Source of the DNA: Mustelus asterias
Lineage: Eukaryota
Assembly: GCF_964213995.1 (NCBI RefSeq)
Contig: NW_027591489.1
Span: 11,957-64,000, forward strand
Reading direction: 5' to 3'
DNA length: 52,044 nucleotides
This document shows positions 37,574 to 49,858 of the stretch, piece by piece (within the stretch, counting starts at the first letter, position 1; each line of letters opens with the position of its first letter). Made by a program: the position numbers and the translations under genes. The notes beneath the pieces are model-generated. The model saw nothing but the letters and a program-made list of their open reading frames with translations. It did not search any database and was not told the origin of the DNA.

Positions 37574-38465
37574 GTAAGGGATGCAAACCGAGGGAAAACA
37601 AATCATTCCGCTGTTAATCGGAATTAGAGATTTATTGAAGTTCGTGCGAAGCACAGAGCTGTCATGTAGTTTGCTGCAGTCGGATAGCGCCTCATTCAGA
37701 ATTTCATCACATCAGCAATTATTTTTATTCTGTCATGAGATGTTCTCCATGGCCCATCCCTGAGAGCACTTAAGAGTCGACGACGTTGCTGTGGATCTGG
37801 AGTCACATGCATGCCAGAGCAAGATAAAGACAGCAGATTTACATTTTAAAAGGGCATTCGTGAACCATTTACAGCAATGGCTTCATAATGATCGTTAGAC
37901 TTTTAAATATCGTTTTGTAATCAAATCAAAGTTGACCATTTGTGGTGGTGAGATTCGAATCTATGACCCCAGACTTTTGCCCTAGGTTACAAACCCATTG
38001 ATAACACCACCATGCCACTGCCTCTCCTTGAAACAATGCGCCCTTCTAATTTGAAGTAATATAGTGACCGAGGCGGACTTGATGTCAGCTTCTCCTGACA
38101 CAGCTGGTAAAATTTGGAGAAACAGTAGGTGTCGGACTGTTTCACAGGTCACAGCGTAGGGGTAAAATGTTGGAAAGTGCATCCACCCTATTTATAAACC
38201 AACGGCCATTAATTTTTCCTGAGTTCAGGATGGTCTATTTGTGTGGGAATGCTGCAATGCTGATTCATCAGAATGATCCCGCTGCTACAATACTTTAATA
38301 AAGAGAATAATTTCACAGAGCAACCTGGTTTTCCATTCACCATAGAAGTTGAAAGGCGATAGTTAGAGTTTGATAACTCGAAGGCGACTTCGTCTCCTTT
38401 AGGCTGAATACTGCTGTCCTGCTTCTGAAGGAGAACTTGAGTTGGTTTTCATTTTTCATTCACAG

Positions 38466-38774
38466 GTCCTTCCCACTGCCCGGATTCCACAGTGACAATA
38501 CAACCACCACCAATAGAACAGGTCTTACTCGAGGCGACTGTGACCTTAACCTGTATCATTTTCAATTCTCCTTCCGGAGTCAACGTGTCCTGGATCCGAG
38601 ACAGGAATTATTTGAAATCAGAGATTGCAGAAAAGCATGAAGAGGATCCTGACAGCATGGTCAGCAACTTAAACATCTCGACACAAGCCTGGCTGAGTGG
38701 GGCTGTGTTTGACTGCGTGGTGAGCCATCAGGATCTGCCGACTCCTTTAAGAAAATCCATCCACAAGGAAAGAG
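38466..38774 (+). CDS. IGHM: IgM heavy chain CH3 exon
   Basis: ttcacAG acceptor and G|GTGAGC donor; 309 nt. Translates [19 protein letters not shown]...NVSW...[27 protein letters not shown], shark Cmu3. Confidence 0.96.
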
Positions 38775-39250
38775 GTGAGCTGAGAGATTGAAGCAATAAA
38801 TGCGTCACTGTGTCCATTTCCAGTGTAAGTGTAATGTTCAATACTTAGTATTCAGTGCATTACCACTCCTCTGAGTGGTAACTCTGCTAACTAAACGCTC
38901 TGGGCCTGTAGATATTTTTGCGTGGGACGTTGATGAATGAAAAGTGATCTGAAGAGAATGGTATTGGTTTATGATCGAATAAGTAGGGAGTAGTCTGGTG
39001 TGGTACACAAAACCCAACGCAGAACAGTTGGGCCGAATAGCCTGTTTCTGCGTTGTAATCTTTCTGAAACTTTCCAGTCTAGCCCCGAGTTATTTGAGAA
39101 AGCGATTGTGTTCCCCTCTCCTCGAAGCTGGAAGTCAAAAATGGAAACATTTAAATTCGAAAGCAAAGCATAATTTTCTGATATCGAACCAGTGGTTTCA
39201 TTGTTTGCAGAGTTCTCCAGTTTATTGACATTTATTGCAATTTTCTGCAG

Positions 39251-39639
39251 ATCCAAATCCGCGGGAACCGTCCGTCTCTGTCCTCCTGCCCTCGGCAGAA
39301 CAAATATCCGCTCAGAAATTCGTCTCCCTCAGCTGCTTAGTGAGAGATTTCTCCCCGCGAGAGGTCTTCGTCAAGTGGACCGTCAATGACAAGCCCGTGA
39401 ATCCCGGGAACTACAGGAACACTGAGGTGGTGGCGGAGAACGGGAATGGCTCCTTCTTCATGTACAGCCTGTTATCCATTGCAGCGAAGGAGTGGGCCAG
39501 CGGCACTTCTTACTCCTGCGTGGTGGGACATGAAGCACTCCCCTTGAAGATCATCAACAAAACAGTTGACAAATCCAGCGGTAAACCCAGTTTTGTGAAC
39601 ATTTCTCCTGTACTGGTGGACCCCGTTAGTTCATGTTAA
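39251..39639 (+). CDS. IGHM: IgM heavy chain CH4 exon plus secretory tailpiece
   Basis: ttctgcAG acceptor. Translates [39 protein letters not shown]...[42 protein letters not shown]. Internal donor G|GTAAAC after 39580 gives the membrane form; AATAAA at 39679-39684. Confidence 0.97.
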
Positions 39640-39802
39640 TGAGAATTTATTGGTTATATTTCGAGCTGCAAGAAAAATAATAAAGCTTTTTTCATCTGCT
39701 TATGAGTTAACCATCCAACCTGCTAATTCATTTTGATTCCTCTGTTAGCTATGGGCATAAATGCTCCTCCGACAGCAGATACTTACCAGTGTCTTGCCTC
39801 CC

Positions 39803-40092
39803 TGTGGCACAGTGGTTAGCATTACTACTTCACAACACCAAGGACCTGGGTTGGATTCCTGGCTTGGGTGACTATCTGTGTGGAGTTTACACATTCTCCC
39901 CGTGTCTTCGTGGGTTTCCTCTGACTGTTTCGGTTTCCTCCCATAGTTTGAAAGACGTGCTTTTTAGATGCATTGGCCACGCTAGGTTCTTCCCCAGTGT
40001 ACCCGAACAGGCAACGGTATGTAGCGACTAGGGAATTTACACAGTAAATTTATCACAGTGTTACCGTAAGCCTACTGTGACACTAATAAAAA
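39803..40092 (+). mobile_element. HE1/V-SINE-like element
   Basis: TGGCACAGTGGTTAGCA A-box; reverse-complement homolog of 1013-1300. Confidence 0.85.
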
Positions 40093-42245
40093 AAGCCATA
40101 AAAAATAAACCTCAATCTTGGAGACCCAGCGCTCCAAATTGAGATAGAGTGCAGAATTAAGGTGGATTGGCGCTAATTAATTCAGTGATTACCCTGAGTA
40201 AGTTCAGCAAATTTCATCCAGTTACTGGTTGATGCGAAAACGTTCTAATTCCGAGCAACAAATGATTCACTTTTAAATATAGACGACTCGTCAATCCCAT
40301 CAAAGTTTTGATCATTTCTTCGTTGCAGAATCGCACCCAGTGGGGACTGGAGTCAGAGCGACACAAGAATAACAACGGAAACTCTCATCCCCAGTCGCAG
40401 ATAGGGCACTAGGCTGTTCAATCAATCCTCCATCAACTCGCCTGATAGAGAGGCGAGAAAATTGATTTTTTAACTCACTGTCCCCACTCACCTACCCGAC
40501 AGAGGGGGAAAAGAGCAATTGTTTACCCATTAAACTCACTGTGCCAACAGAGAGAGGGGAAAGGGCGATGGTTAACCCATTATACTCCGCCTCGCCAAGG
40601 AGACAGAGTGGAAAGGCACCGCTCCCTATTTCTGTGGACTCAGTTTATATTGGTTCAAAGTTTCTAATGGTATGATGTATTAAATACTAACAGCCCAAAA
40701 CTTCACTGGTGTTTGAATTCTTCTGGCTTTTTCCCGTTCTATCCCTGATGTTCTGAGGACTGCTGATTGAAATGCTTCTTTCATTCAGCTTGTTGTCACA
40801 TTGCAGCTCACATTACACCACATGAATTCCCAGAAAGAGGCGAATATTCCATTAATATCGTCTGACAGGGACAGTTCCGGTTCGGTTTATTTAGTAAAAC
40901 TTGGAGCAATAATAATGATGTTCACGTACTGTCAGACACACAGAAACAGAGATAAACACGCACATATACATCTCCACAAACACAGCACAAACCAGAAGAA
41001 AATACAAACATAAACATTAACAACCCATGCCCCCTCGCAAATTAAAACTAAAGCATTCCAATTAAGACTATCATAAACATTGACACGGGTGACCACTCAT
41101 ACACATGCATTAACAAACTCTAACATCCTTCCATAAACACAGGTCAACGGATTCTCTGACCCATCACATAAACACACCAATAAATATTCACTCCCTCACA
41201 GTGAAAAGGGGTACACACAGAAGCAGGCACATTAACACACACATTAATTCATAGAGATGGATAAACACTAAAATACACACATGGTCAATATATCCACATG
41301 ATAGACTTAATTTCCAAATAAAACATACTTTAATTTAGATATCTATATGGCAGAACAGAAATTGAATATCGCTGAAAAAAGAAAGATGTTTAAGCTTTTC
41401 ATCTTGCATTCCCCAGGCTCTTCACAGGAATAATAACTATCACGGGAACAGCAATTTATAATTCTTAGGGAGAGAGTGGCGAATGCAATGCATCTAACTG
41501 TGCGAGAAGCTGCATGCATTAAAGCACAGCACCCTATTCTTTGCAGAGATAAATAACACATACAGACATTGTGTTTGTATCATCTGAACAAAATAGGAGA
41601 CAGCCAAGATCTGATTCCTTTCTCAGGGCAATAACTTGACCAATTACTGTGAATGTGTCTGCTCTGAACTTAAACAAAGCTTGGCAGTTCACTCTCAGTC
41701 AACGTTTAACTGTTACATTCATCATGGAATGTCTCCACTAATCACAGTCCACTTGTCAACCAACATGTACTGTTTTCTCGTGAAGTATCAATTATTGCTC
41801 CATTTGCGTTTGATGTTTGTGCCATTGTCCTCTGACTACAAGACAAAAAACTTCAACATATCTCTTTCAAATATATTTATATCGACACCACGGTAACGTA
41901 ACACATTCTCACACACAGGGGCACACAAACAAAGATTAAAACAGATCAGTACATCCCCATGTGCACATATACAGAGGCTAAAGCACAAACAAAAATGGAA
42001 GGCTTTCAGGAAAATTAAAATTCAGTTGTTTTTACTAAGGGGTCCGTGCTGCTGTATCAAAGCCTAAAACCATGTTCTCCTTTCGAAACTGACGTGAATA
42101 AATTAACTGCCAAATCCAAACAAACAAAGAGTATAATCCTTTCCATCTGTTATCGATCATCATTTACAGTACCTCAATGAATAACTGTCTGAAGTTATCT
42201 CTAAAATCATCCAGGACGATTCGAAGAGCAAAATAAATAGTATCA

Positions 42246-42578
42246 GGGCAGCTTGGTGGCTCAATCGTTAGCATTGCTGCCTCACAGCTCCAGGGACCCA
42301 AGTTAAATTCCATTCTTGGGTGGCTGCCTGTGCGGAGTTTGCGTGCCTGCATGGGTTTCCTCCAGGAGCTCCCGTTTAATCCCACAGTCCAAAAATGTAC
42401 AGGTTAATTAGATTGGCCATGACAAATTGCCCCTTGGTGTCCCAAGATGTGTAGGGTATGTGGAATAGCCATGGGACTGTTGTGCAGTTATGGAGATGGG
42501 GTGGCTAGGTCCAATGTCGGTGAAGACTCGATGGGCCGAATGGCCTCTTCAGGACTGCAGTAATTCCATAATTCTACG
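42246..42578 (+). mobile_element. HE1/V-SINE-like element
   Basis: Diverged reverse-complement homolog of 2585-2928. Confidence 0.82.
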
Positions 42579-43149
42579 ACTTGACCAGAGGTCCAATGTG
42601 CGTTACTTCAATATTCAAATAGCTGATGTCTGATATTGCCTCTTACTCCAGTTCCCACTTACTTCTCATATCCTTTATTACCCGATAAACCAAAACTATA
42701 TCTGCCCCAGCCTTAAAAATATTCAATGATGGGGCATCCACAGTCCTCTCGGGCAGGCCACTCAGAAGAGTCATATCCCTAAGTGAAGGAATGTCTCCTC
42801 ATCTCAGCCCTAAACGAGAGCACACCTATTCAAACGCCCGTTATTTTAAATTCCCCATCCAGAGGTAACAGCAGCTCAGTGTCCAACTTGTGAAACCCAT
42901 TCGGATTATTTTGTCTCAATGTTATCGCCTCTCATTCTTCTAAACTAAAGAGAATGTAGACCCAAGTTGCTCAGTCCGCGTCAGTTATCTTCAGTCGTTT
43001 GGTCTTCATAATATTAGTTACTGATAGTTGGTACAAAATTAAACAAGACTAAACGATCGCCTAAGATTAAATAATAAAATATATGTTCAAATACATATGT
43101 TCAAATCCAGTATGAGGAACATATTGGAAGGACGGGTGCGGAATTTGTA

Positions 43150-43692
43150 ACACAGAAACTAGAAACGGGAGTACGCCTTCGAGCTGCTCCGCCATTCATT
43201 TTGAAAATGGCTGATCAACCAATTCAATATCCTGATTCTCGCCCCACCCCATATACCTTGATCCATTTAGCCCTAAGGGCTTGAATTCATACATTGTTTT
43301 GTCCTCAACTATTTTCTGTGGTAGTGAATTCCATACATTCACCATCTTCTGGGTGAAGAAATTTCTCCGCACCTCAGTTCAAAAAGGTTTACCTCTTATC
43401 CTCAAGCCATGACCGCTGGTTCTGGACTTATCCACCAATCCTTTCTGAATCTACCCTGTCTAACTCTGTTAGAATTTGATAAGTTGCTATGAGATCCCCT
43501 CTCATTCTTCTAAACTCCGGTGAATATAATCTTAACCGACTTAATTTCTCCTCATATGACAGAACTGCATCCCAGCAATCAGCCTTGTAAAATTTCGCTT
43601 TACTCTCTCTATAGCAAGGACATTGTTCGTCAGATAAGAACACCAAAGCTGCACACAATACTCCAGGTGCGGACCCACCAACGTCCTATATA
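43150..43692 (-). mobile_element. CR1 LINE 3' fragment
   Basis: LSYEEKLSRLRLYSPEFRRMRGDLIATY motif. Confidence 0.85.
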
Positions 43693-43889
43693 ATTGTAGA
43701 TTATATTACTGAGAGAGATTAATTTAATAATATATGCATTGACAATTTTATTAAGCGTTTAAGTTAATAACACATAGGCTTTGAAAAGTATATCAGAGAA
43801 CAAAATAATACCTTAAGAAGGGAAAATGAATAACCAAAATAATATCCATGACGAGAAAAAAAATCTGAAAGTATTCCCTCTCCCCGTAG

Positions 43890-44014
43890 ATTCCGCAGAA
43901 TCCACCTGGATTGAAGACCAGGATGATAACAGCAATATCTGGACAACTGCTTCGACATTCATAGTCCTGTTCTTCCTGAGCATGTCCTACAGCGCTGCCG
44001 TCACTCTGGTGAAG
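43890..44014 (+). CDS. IGHM: IgM transmembrane exon TM1
   Basis: ccccgtAG acceptor (phase 1) and AAG|GTGAGA donor. Translates DSAESTWIEDQDDNSNIWTTASTFIVLFFLSMSYSAAVTLVK, with the conserved antigen-receptor TM (CART) motif. Confidence 0.95.
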
Positions 44015-44156
44015 GTGAGATGATTCAATCCACCCACATCTGAATCAGATAGGAGAGGTTTGAAAAATATCCAGAAGTCTCAATTTAGAAGAGCCTTTAG
44101 ATAAATGTCTCAAACACATAAAATGGTTGTTGAATTATTTTATTTCTCTTTTGCAG

Positions 44157-44165
44157 GTCGGGTGA
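44157..44165 (+). CDS. IGHM: IgM transmembrane exon TM2 (Val-Gly-stop)
   Basis: Strong acceptor tatttctcttttgcAG after a 142-nt intron, then GTC GGG TGA; AATAAA at 44226-44231. Confidence 0.85.
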   Translation, partial: VG

Positions 44166-44883
44166 TTGAATTTAGGAAATCTTGTGGTTTTCGCCCATCT
44201 GTCCGCTCACAGTGTGGTGCTGTGGAATAAAAATACGTTATCATTGTGATCCTCAAAGTTAATGTGCCTTCAGTGAACAGATTCGAATCCATAACTGAGA
44301 TAGAATATAAGCTGGATTTCGTTTTTGTTTCTGTTTAAAATGAATGAGATAATCGTGTCGACAATATAATTGTATTTTGGAGTTTCACCATTGTTCAAAT
44401 TAATGTGTAAGTTAGTGGTTATTTCTTATTGAGAATTATTCACCGCCTTTTATGTGGAGGCCCTGATTTCTTGATTTGATTTGATTTATTGTTGTCACAA
44501 GTATTAGCATACAGTGCAAAGTGTTGTTTCTTTCTTTAGTTAATTACAGTTATAGACAATTGTCAGTTTAGGCGACAATGTTATGTTCTCACTGTGACGC
44601 TCAGTTTGTGTATTCACCTGGGGTCAACTTTAAACTGTATCTTATTGTAAAATGTTCTCTGTGAAATTTTAAATAAATCTTGAATGACAAATTAAATGAC
44701 TTAGAAGTTGCTACATGCTGAGCTCCACGGCATAACCTTATCACTCGATTTTCCAATCCGAACGCTCCCTCACTCACGACGCCCCTTTCAACCGATAGGG
44801 CTTTGTAATCAATCGTGTTTGGATTTTGATCAACCCGACGACACTTCAGTGAAGGTGCCGCTGCGCTATCCAGTGTCCCAAAA

Positions 44884-45640
44884 AACAAAGAACAAAGAAA
44901 ATTACAGCACAGGAACAGGCCCTTCGGCCATCCAAGCCTGCACCGACCATGCTGCCCGAATGAACTAAAACCCCCTACCCTTCCGGGGACTATATCCCTC
45001 TATTCCCATCCTATTCATGTATTTGATAAGCCCCTAAAAAGTCACGATCGTATCTGCTTCCACTACCTCCCGGTAGCAAGTTCCAGGCACCCACAACCCT
45101 CTGTGTAAAAAACTTGCCTCGTACATCTCCTTTACACTTTGCCCCTCGCGCTTTAAACCGATGCCCGCTACTCATTGACTCTTCCACCCTGGGAGAAAGC
45201 TTCTGACTATCCACTCTGTCCATGCTCCTCATAATCTTGTCGACTTCTACCAGTTCGCTCCTCAACATCCGTCGTTCTAGTGAGATTAAACCAAGTTTTT
45301 CCAACTTGTCCTCATAGCTAATGCCCTTCATATCAGGCAACTTCCTGGTAAATCTTTTCTGCACCCTCTTCAAAGCCCCCATATCCTTCTGGCATCGTGG
45401 CGACCAGAATTGAATACTATATTCCAAGTGCGGCCTAACTAAGGTCCTATAAAGCTGCAATATGACTTGCCAATTTTTAAACTCAATGGCCCGGACAATG
45501 AAGACAATCATGCTTTATGCCTTCTTGACTACATTCTCCACCTGCGTTGCCACTTTCAGTGACCTGTGTACCTGTGCACCCAGATCCCTCTGCCTATCAA
45601 TATTCTTAAGGGTTCTGCCATTTACTGTATAAATCCCATT
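44884..45640 (-). mobile_element. CR1 LINE 3' fragment
   Basis: LVRPHLEYSIQFWSP...FFTQRVVGAWN motif. Confidence 0.92.
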
Positions 45641-45814
45641 TGTGTAAAGACACCTCTACATCTGCCTTTTCATATTAAGTGGCAGAAGCAATTGACGAAA
45701 CAGTCAGCGGGAACACGTTGCTGACTTTATTCAATTATTAATCCGTTACGTTCACATATGGGTTTCCATTACAGAGCAGGACTGTGCTGCTTCATAGCCT
45801 GACACAATGGAGTA

Positions 45815-46114
45815 TAATGAAGCATCTGGTCTTCAGGCTCTGGAAGCAGATGATCACAGAACAGTCGATAGTGAAAGCTACCGTCAGCCAAACTGACCCA
45901 TCCTGTGTTGCAAAGACCAGTATGATGCCCACTGCACTCGTCAGAGTGGTGGACAGAACATTGTTAGAAAAGTAGATGCGGCCGACATGGTTGAGGGTGA
46001 CGGCAATGATGATGATCGGGAAATTGCTCATCGCTATCGGCACCAGGTAGTAGGTGATGCACCGGGAGATTCCGTAACGTCCACGGGATACGATTATAAT
46101 CACCAACATGTTGG
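45815..46114 (-). pseudogene. GPR139/GPR142-like class A GPCR fragment (exon covering ~TM1 end to TM3)
   Basis: ttcacAG acceptor, then NMLVIIIVSRGRYGISRCITYYLVPIAMSN...IYFSNNVLSTT...DGSVWLTVAFTIDCSVIICFQSLKTR. This matches the shark-expanded GPR139-like pattern (ILSRGKCGLS..TxYLV; SVWLTVAFTFDRFVAIC). The DR motif is lost and the reading is truncated. Confidence 0.8.
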
Positions 46115-46309
46115 CTGTGAACGATAAAAACATGGAGAGATATCACCGCGCAAACTCCAAACACCAGCTACTGCCCCATCTAATCTGAATACTTGCTGAC
46201 AATTCCCTTTGCCAGCTCCAGGTTACAAATCTTCCAAAGCTATTGGTGTTTGTTCTATACCCACTGGTGGGTGAAACGTGTCAATATAGTCACCATTCCA
46301 ATCAGTCCC

Positions 46310-46690
46310 CGTCACACACAATGCTCTCTGGTTCCTGAATCAATCCAAGGGGCTCACTGTGCAGCGGAAGATTATCCGAAACATTTGGTCCCACTGCCTT
46401 TATGCAAGCCCATATCAAGCCCCTACTCGCTGATGTGCATTGGCTCCCAGTCTGGCAACGTCTGCGTTTTAATATCCTGATCCTTTGAATTGTCAATCAC
46501 CTTCACTGTCTCACCCCTTCCCTCCCTGTTACTTCCTATAACTACCTGAGATCTCAGCGTATCCACAATCCTGCTCTACTGAGCATCTTTGATATTAATG
46601 TCTAGCGATTATGTCTCGCTATTGAGTATTTCATCTCTGAAATGCTCTCCCTCAAAACCTCTGAATTTTCTTCTTGCTTTTGGATGTTTA
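46310..46690 (+). mobile_element. L2-like LINE 3' remnant
   Basis: HIKPLLADVHWLPVWQRLRFNIL in one frame, typical of the L2 ORF2 C-terminus. Confidence 0.65.
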
Positions 46691-46730
46691 GTACATGGAA
46701 ACATAGAAACTAGAAGCAGGAATAGGACAG

Positions 46731-47033
46731 GGACAATTGCTAAAGATTCAGTGTTTGAAGATCGATCAGAATTCAGGTTTCTGGAAGGACAGAACATAAC
46801 ATTGGACTTTAAATACTCGACTGCTGCTCTTCAAACTCTGTACAGGTACATCCAGTATCCCCGGCAAGCTCTGAGATTTTTGATGAAGACATGTAGCTTG
46901 GCAATACCGATATGACTCCACATTTCCCAGATAGATTGTCGGCTAATTTACACAAAGGGAACAACACTTTTCCTTTAAATGTCACTAGAGCTCTTTTTTC
47001 TGACACCGTCGTGTATTTCTGTGTCATGGAGCC
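46731..47033 (+). pseudogene. T-cell receptor alpha/delta-type variable segment pseudogene
   Basis: cAG|GG phase-1 start. Reads GTIAKDSVFED...EGQNITLDFKYST...LYRYIQYPRQALRFLM (first Cys now Phe, Trp now Arg), then a frameshift near 46895, then DRLSANLHKGNNTFPLNVTRALFSDTVVYFCVMEP followed by heptamer CACAGAG. No leader exon found. Confidence 0.85.
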
Positions 47034-47065
47034 CACAGAGATTTTGCGAAACCCGCACAGAGACC
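47034..47065 (+). promoter_or_regulatory. Defective recombination signal sequence of the V pseudogene
   Basis: Heptamer CACAGAG at 47034-47040 and nonamer-like ACAGAGACC at 47057-47065; spacer is only 16 bp. Confidence 0.65.
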
Positions 47066-47429
47066 CCAGACTGGGAGTTCCAGTTAATGATCAGCAGAGG
47101 GCGCGCTCACACTGATAAACAGAAACAACAATTCAGTCTCAACAACGAGTGTCACCGAATCATAAAAAAATCAAAACAAAACACAACACTCAAGAACAGC
47201 TGAGCCGCAGTTGGTTTTTAACTTGCAACTATATTAAAAATGCATTGATGCTTAGTTAACAACCCACCTTTAGTCTTTGCTGATAGTTCGTTGCATGTGT
47301 GAATTATTCTCCATCTTCACTCTCCATTTCGAGGTCACTTTGATCAATGGGCCTATTTAGTCAGAGTATTTTGCTGGCTAAGAGACAAGTTATCTAAAAT
47401 ATACACTTCACAAGTGTGTCATAGAACCA

Positions 47430-48794
47430 TAGGACCTGTTTGGGGACTATCAAGCACTTGGAACTAAATTAAAGAACAGGTCCTCAAGGTTAATAATCTC
47501 AGGATTCCGACCCGAGCCACATGCAAATTGGCATAGGATTGAGAGAATTCCGGAAGTTAACACGTTATTAAAGGAATGGTGCGGGAAAGAGAGGTTCGAA
47601 TTCATGAGGTATTGGCATCAGTATTGGAACAGGAGGGATCTGTACCGTTGGGACTGTCTTCACCTGAACTGATCTGGGACAAGTTTTCTAGCGAAATGGA
47701 TAAATTCGGTGGTCACAAGGTCTTCAAACTAACAATTTAGGGGGGAAGGGAAGAGTAAAACTACGGGAAATATAACGGCTAACAGAAAGAAAGCAGCAGG
47801 TTAGCATGTGGAGAGAAGGTTCCAACTACATCGGAAATCAGGGGAAAAAAGTTAATAGAGAGGAGACATGATTGCTGGATGGGAATGACTGAGAATTAAA
47901 TATCCAGGGGTATCAGGCTGTTTGGAGGGACAGACAGGAAGTTAACAGAGGTAGTGTGGCTCTGATATTCAAGGATGACATCAGGGCGGTAATGAGAGAT
48001 GATATAGGTTCCATGGAAAAAAGGTTGAATCCATTTGGGTGGAAATTAGAAAAGGTAAGGAGAAAAAGGTCACTGATAGGCGTACTCTATAGACCATCAA
48101 ATTATAACATCATGGTAGGGCGAGAAATAATCAACTGATGCATATAAAACTGGTACAGCAATTATCATGAGCGATTTTAATCTACATGTCAATTGGTCAG
48201 ACCAGGAAATGAGGAAATGGCTGAGGATTTGAACAGGTGTTTAGTGTCGGTCTTCACAGTGGAAGACACAAAAAGCATGTCAAAAATTGATGACATGAAG
48301 GCTATGGCAGGTGAGGACATAGAAACTAACATTATCACGGAAGAGATAGTGTTGGTCAAGCTAATGGGGTCTAAAGGTAGACAAGTCTCCTGGCCCTGAT
48401 GGAATGCAGCCCAGGGGACTAAAGGAGATGGTGGGTGGAAGAGCAAATGCACTAGTGGTAATTTACCAAAATTCGGTGGATTCTGGGGTGGTTTCCGCAG
48501 GTTGGAAAAGAGCAAATGTGATGCCACTGTTTAAAAGAGGAGGTAAACAAAAGGCAGGTAACAATAGGCCGGTTAGCTTAACTTCTGTAGTCGGGAAAAT
48601 GCTTGAATCTATCATCAAGGAAAAAATAGCGAGATATCTGGATAGAAATTGTCCCATTGGTAAGATGCAGCAGGGGTTCATGAAGGGCAGGTCATGTTTG
48701 ACTAATTTGGTAGGATTATTTGAGAACATTACGTGCACAGTGGACAATGGGGAACCTGTGGATGTGGTGTATCTGGATTTCCAGAAGGCATTTG
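47430..48794 (+). mobile_element. Internally deleted CR1 LINE (ORF1, endonuclease and RT fragments)
   Basis: GVLYRPS endonuclease motif; WKRANVMPLFKRG..NNRPVSLTSVVGKMLE..QQGFMKGRSCLTNL..VDVVYLDFQKAF RT motifs. Confidence 0.9.
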
Positions 48795-49855
48795 CCTCCG
48801 TAACCAACACAGGCAAATACAAAATCAAATCAACCGTGTGCCAAAATAGTTAACTCTCCTTACAACTTTTCAGACGGAACAAAACACCCATCTTGAAATT
48901 GCTTTTCCTTTCCCAACATGGCAGAGCTCAAATCTCTGTCGGATTCCTATTCTCGAAAATGACCATGAATCGCACAATTACATCCTCTCTCTCTGTGCCA
49001 AACACAGAAAGTCCGTGCTGCTTTTAACTCTTTACTCCCCTCTTTGGTCCAGGATGCTTGAGACCAACCAATTTAACCCGTCTCTCTCTCTCACACAAGT
49101 GTCTCACAGGAGACCTGTGCTCCTGGGACCTCTCCCTGCTGGTTCTCTCACACGGCCTTGTCCCTTCCTCTGGAACCCCTCCCTGTGAGTTCCTTGCGCC
49201 CGCGCCACCCGCCGTCTGTACACACGGTCTAGCCACTTGATGCTTCTGTAGTTACATGGCAATTTCAGCTCCGCTGCATAGGAGTGTCCGAGAGTCCATC
49301 CCCGGCACCCTATGTTTAAGCATAGCATCTCTGCAAACTCCCCTTCTACTACGCGGCTTTTCGCTCCACTCCATAGGAGATCCGAGAGTCCGTCCCTGGC
49401 CCTTCTACGTTAAGTGTGGGCTCTTTACATACACACCACTTTTGCACCTCTCCCCCAGTCCGAGATACTCAACTTACAGCTTACGGCTGCCAGACGCAGA
49501 GCACCCTAACTGGTGGTATTGAAACAAAGTACTCACCCTCCTTTTGGGAACACGTCCTGCCAGCGGTCACCGGTGAGTACCCTGCTGTCGCAGCGCCAAA
49601 TTGTAAGAGGATTTTTCTCAGGTATCCCCTGAGGTGCTCTGTACTTGTTGAACCTCACTCAATACACAGACTGCAAAAACAGTATATAGTTAAAGAACGA
49701 AAATGAATTTATTTGCTAATGCATGCATCAGGAGAGAGACAGTCAATGAGGGTTGACTGTCCTCTCTGACCTAATATTGCCTGGTTAAATTATTATATTA
49801 TTCTGAACATTTCAATATCCCGCCGACTCTCAACAATCAGAGGGCCCAATCACAA
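48795..49855 (-). mobile_element. LTR retroelement 5' end (LTR, PBS, leader)
   Basis: Minus strand reads ...TTACA-ATT-TGGCGCTGCGACAGCAGGGT: an LTR-terminal CA followed by a tRNA-Ser-like PBS at 49579-49598. AATAAA lies within the putative LTR. The element abuts the truncated CR1. Confidence 0.6.
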
Positions 49856-49858
49856 TAT

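Noticed and set aside
35988-44165. Assignment as IgW, IgNAR or IgM1gj
   Set aside because: Four CH domains including CH2, with mu-type sequence, tail and TM.
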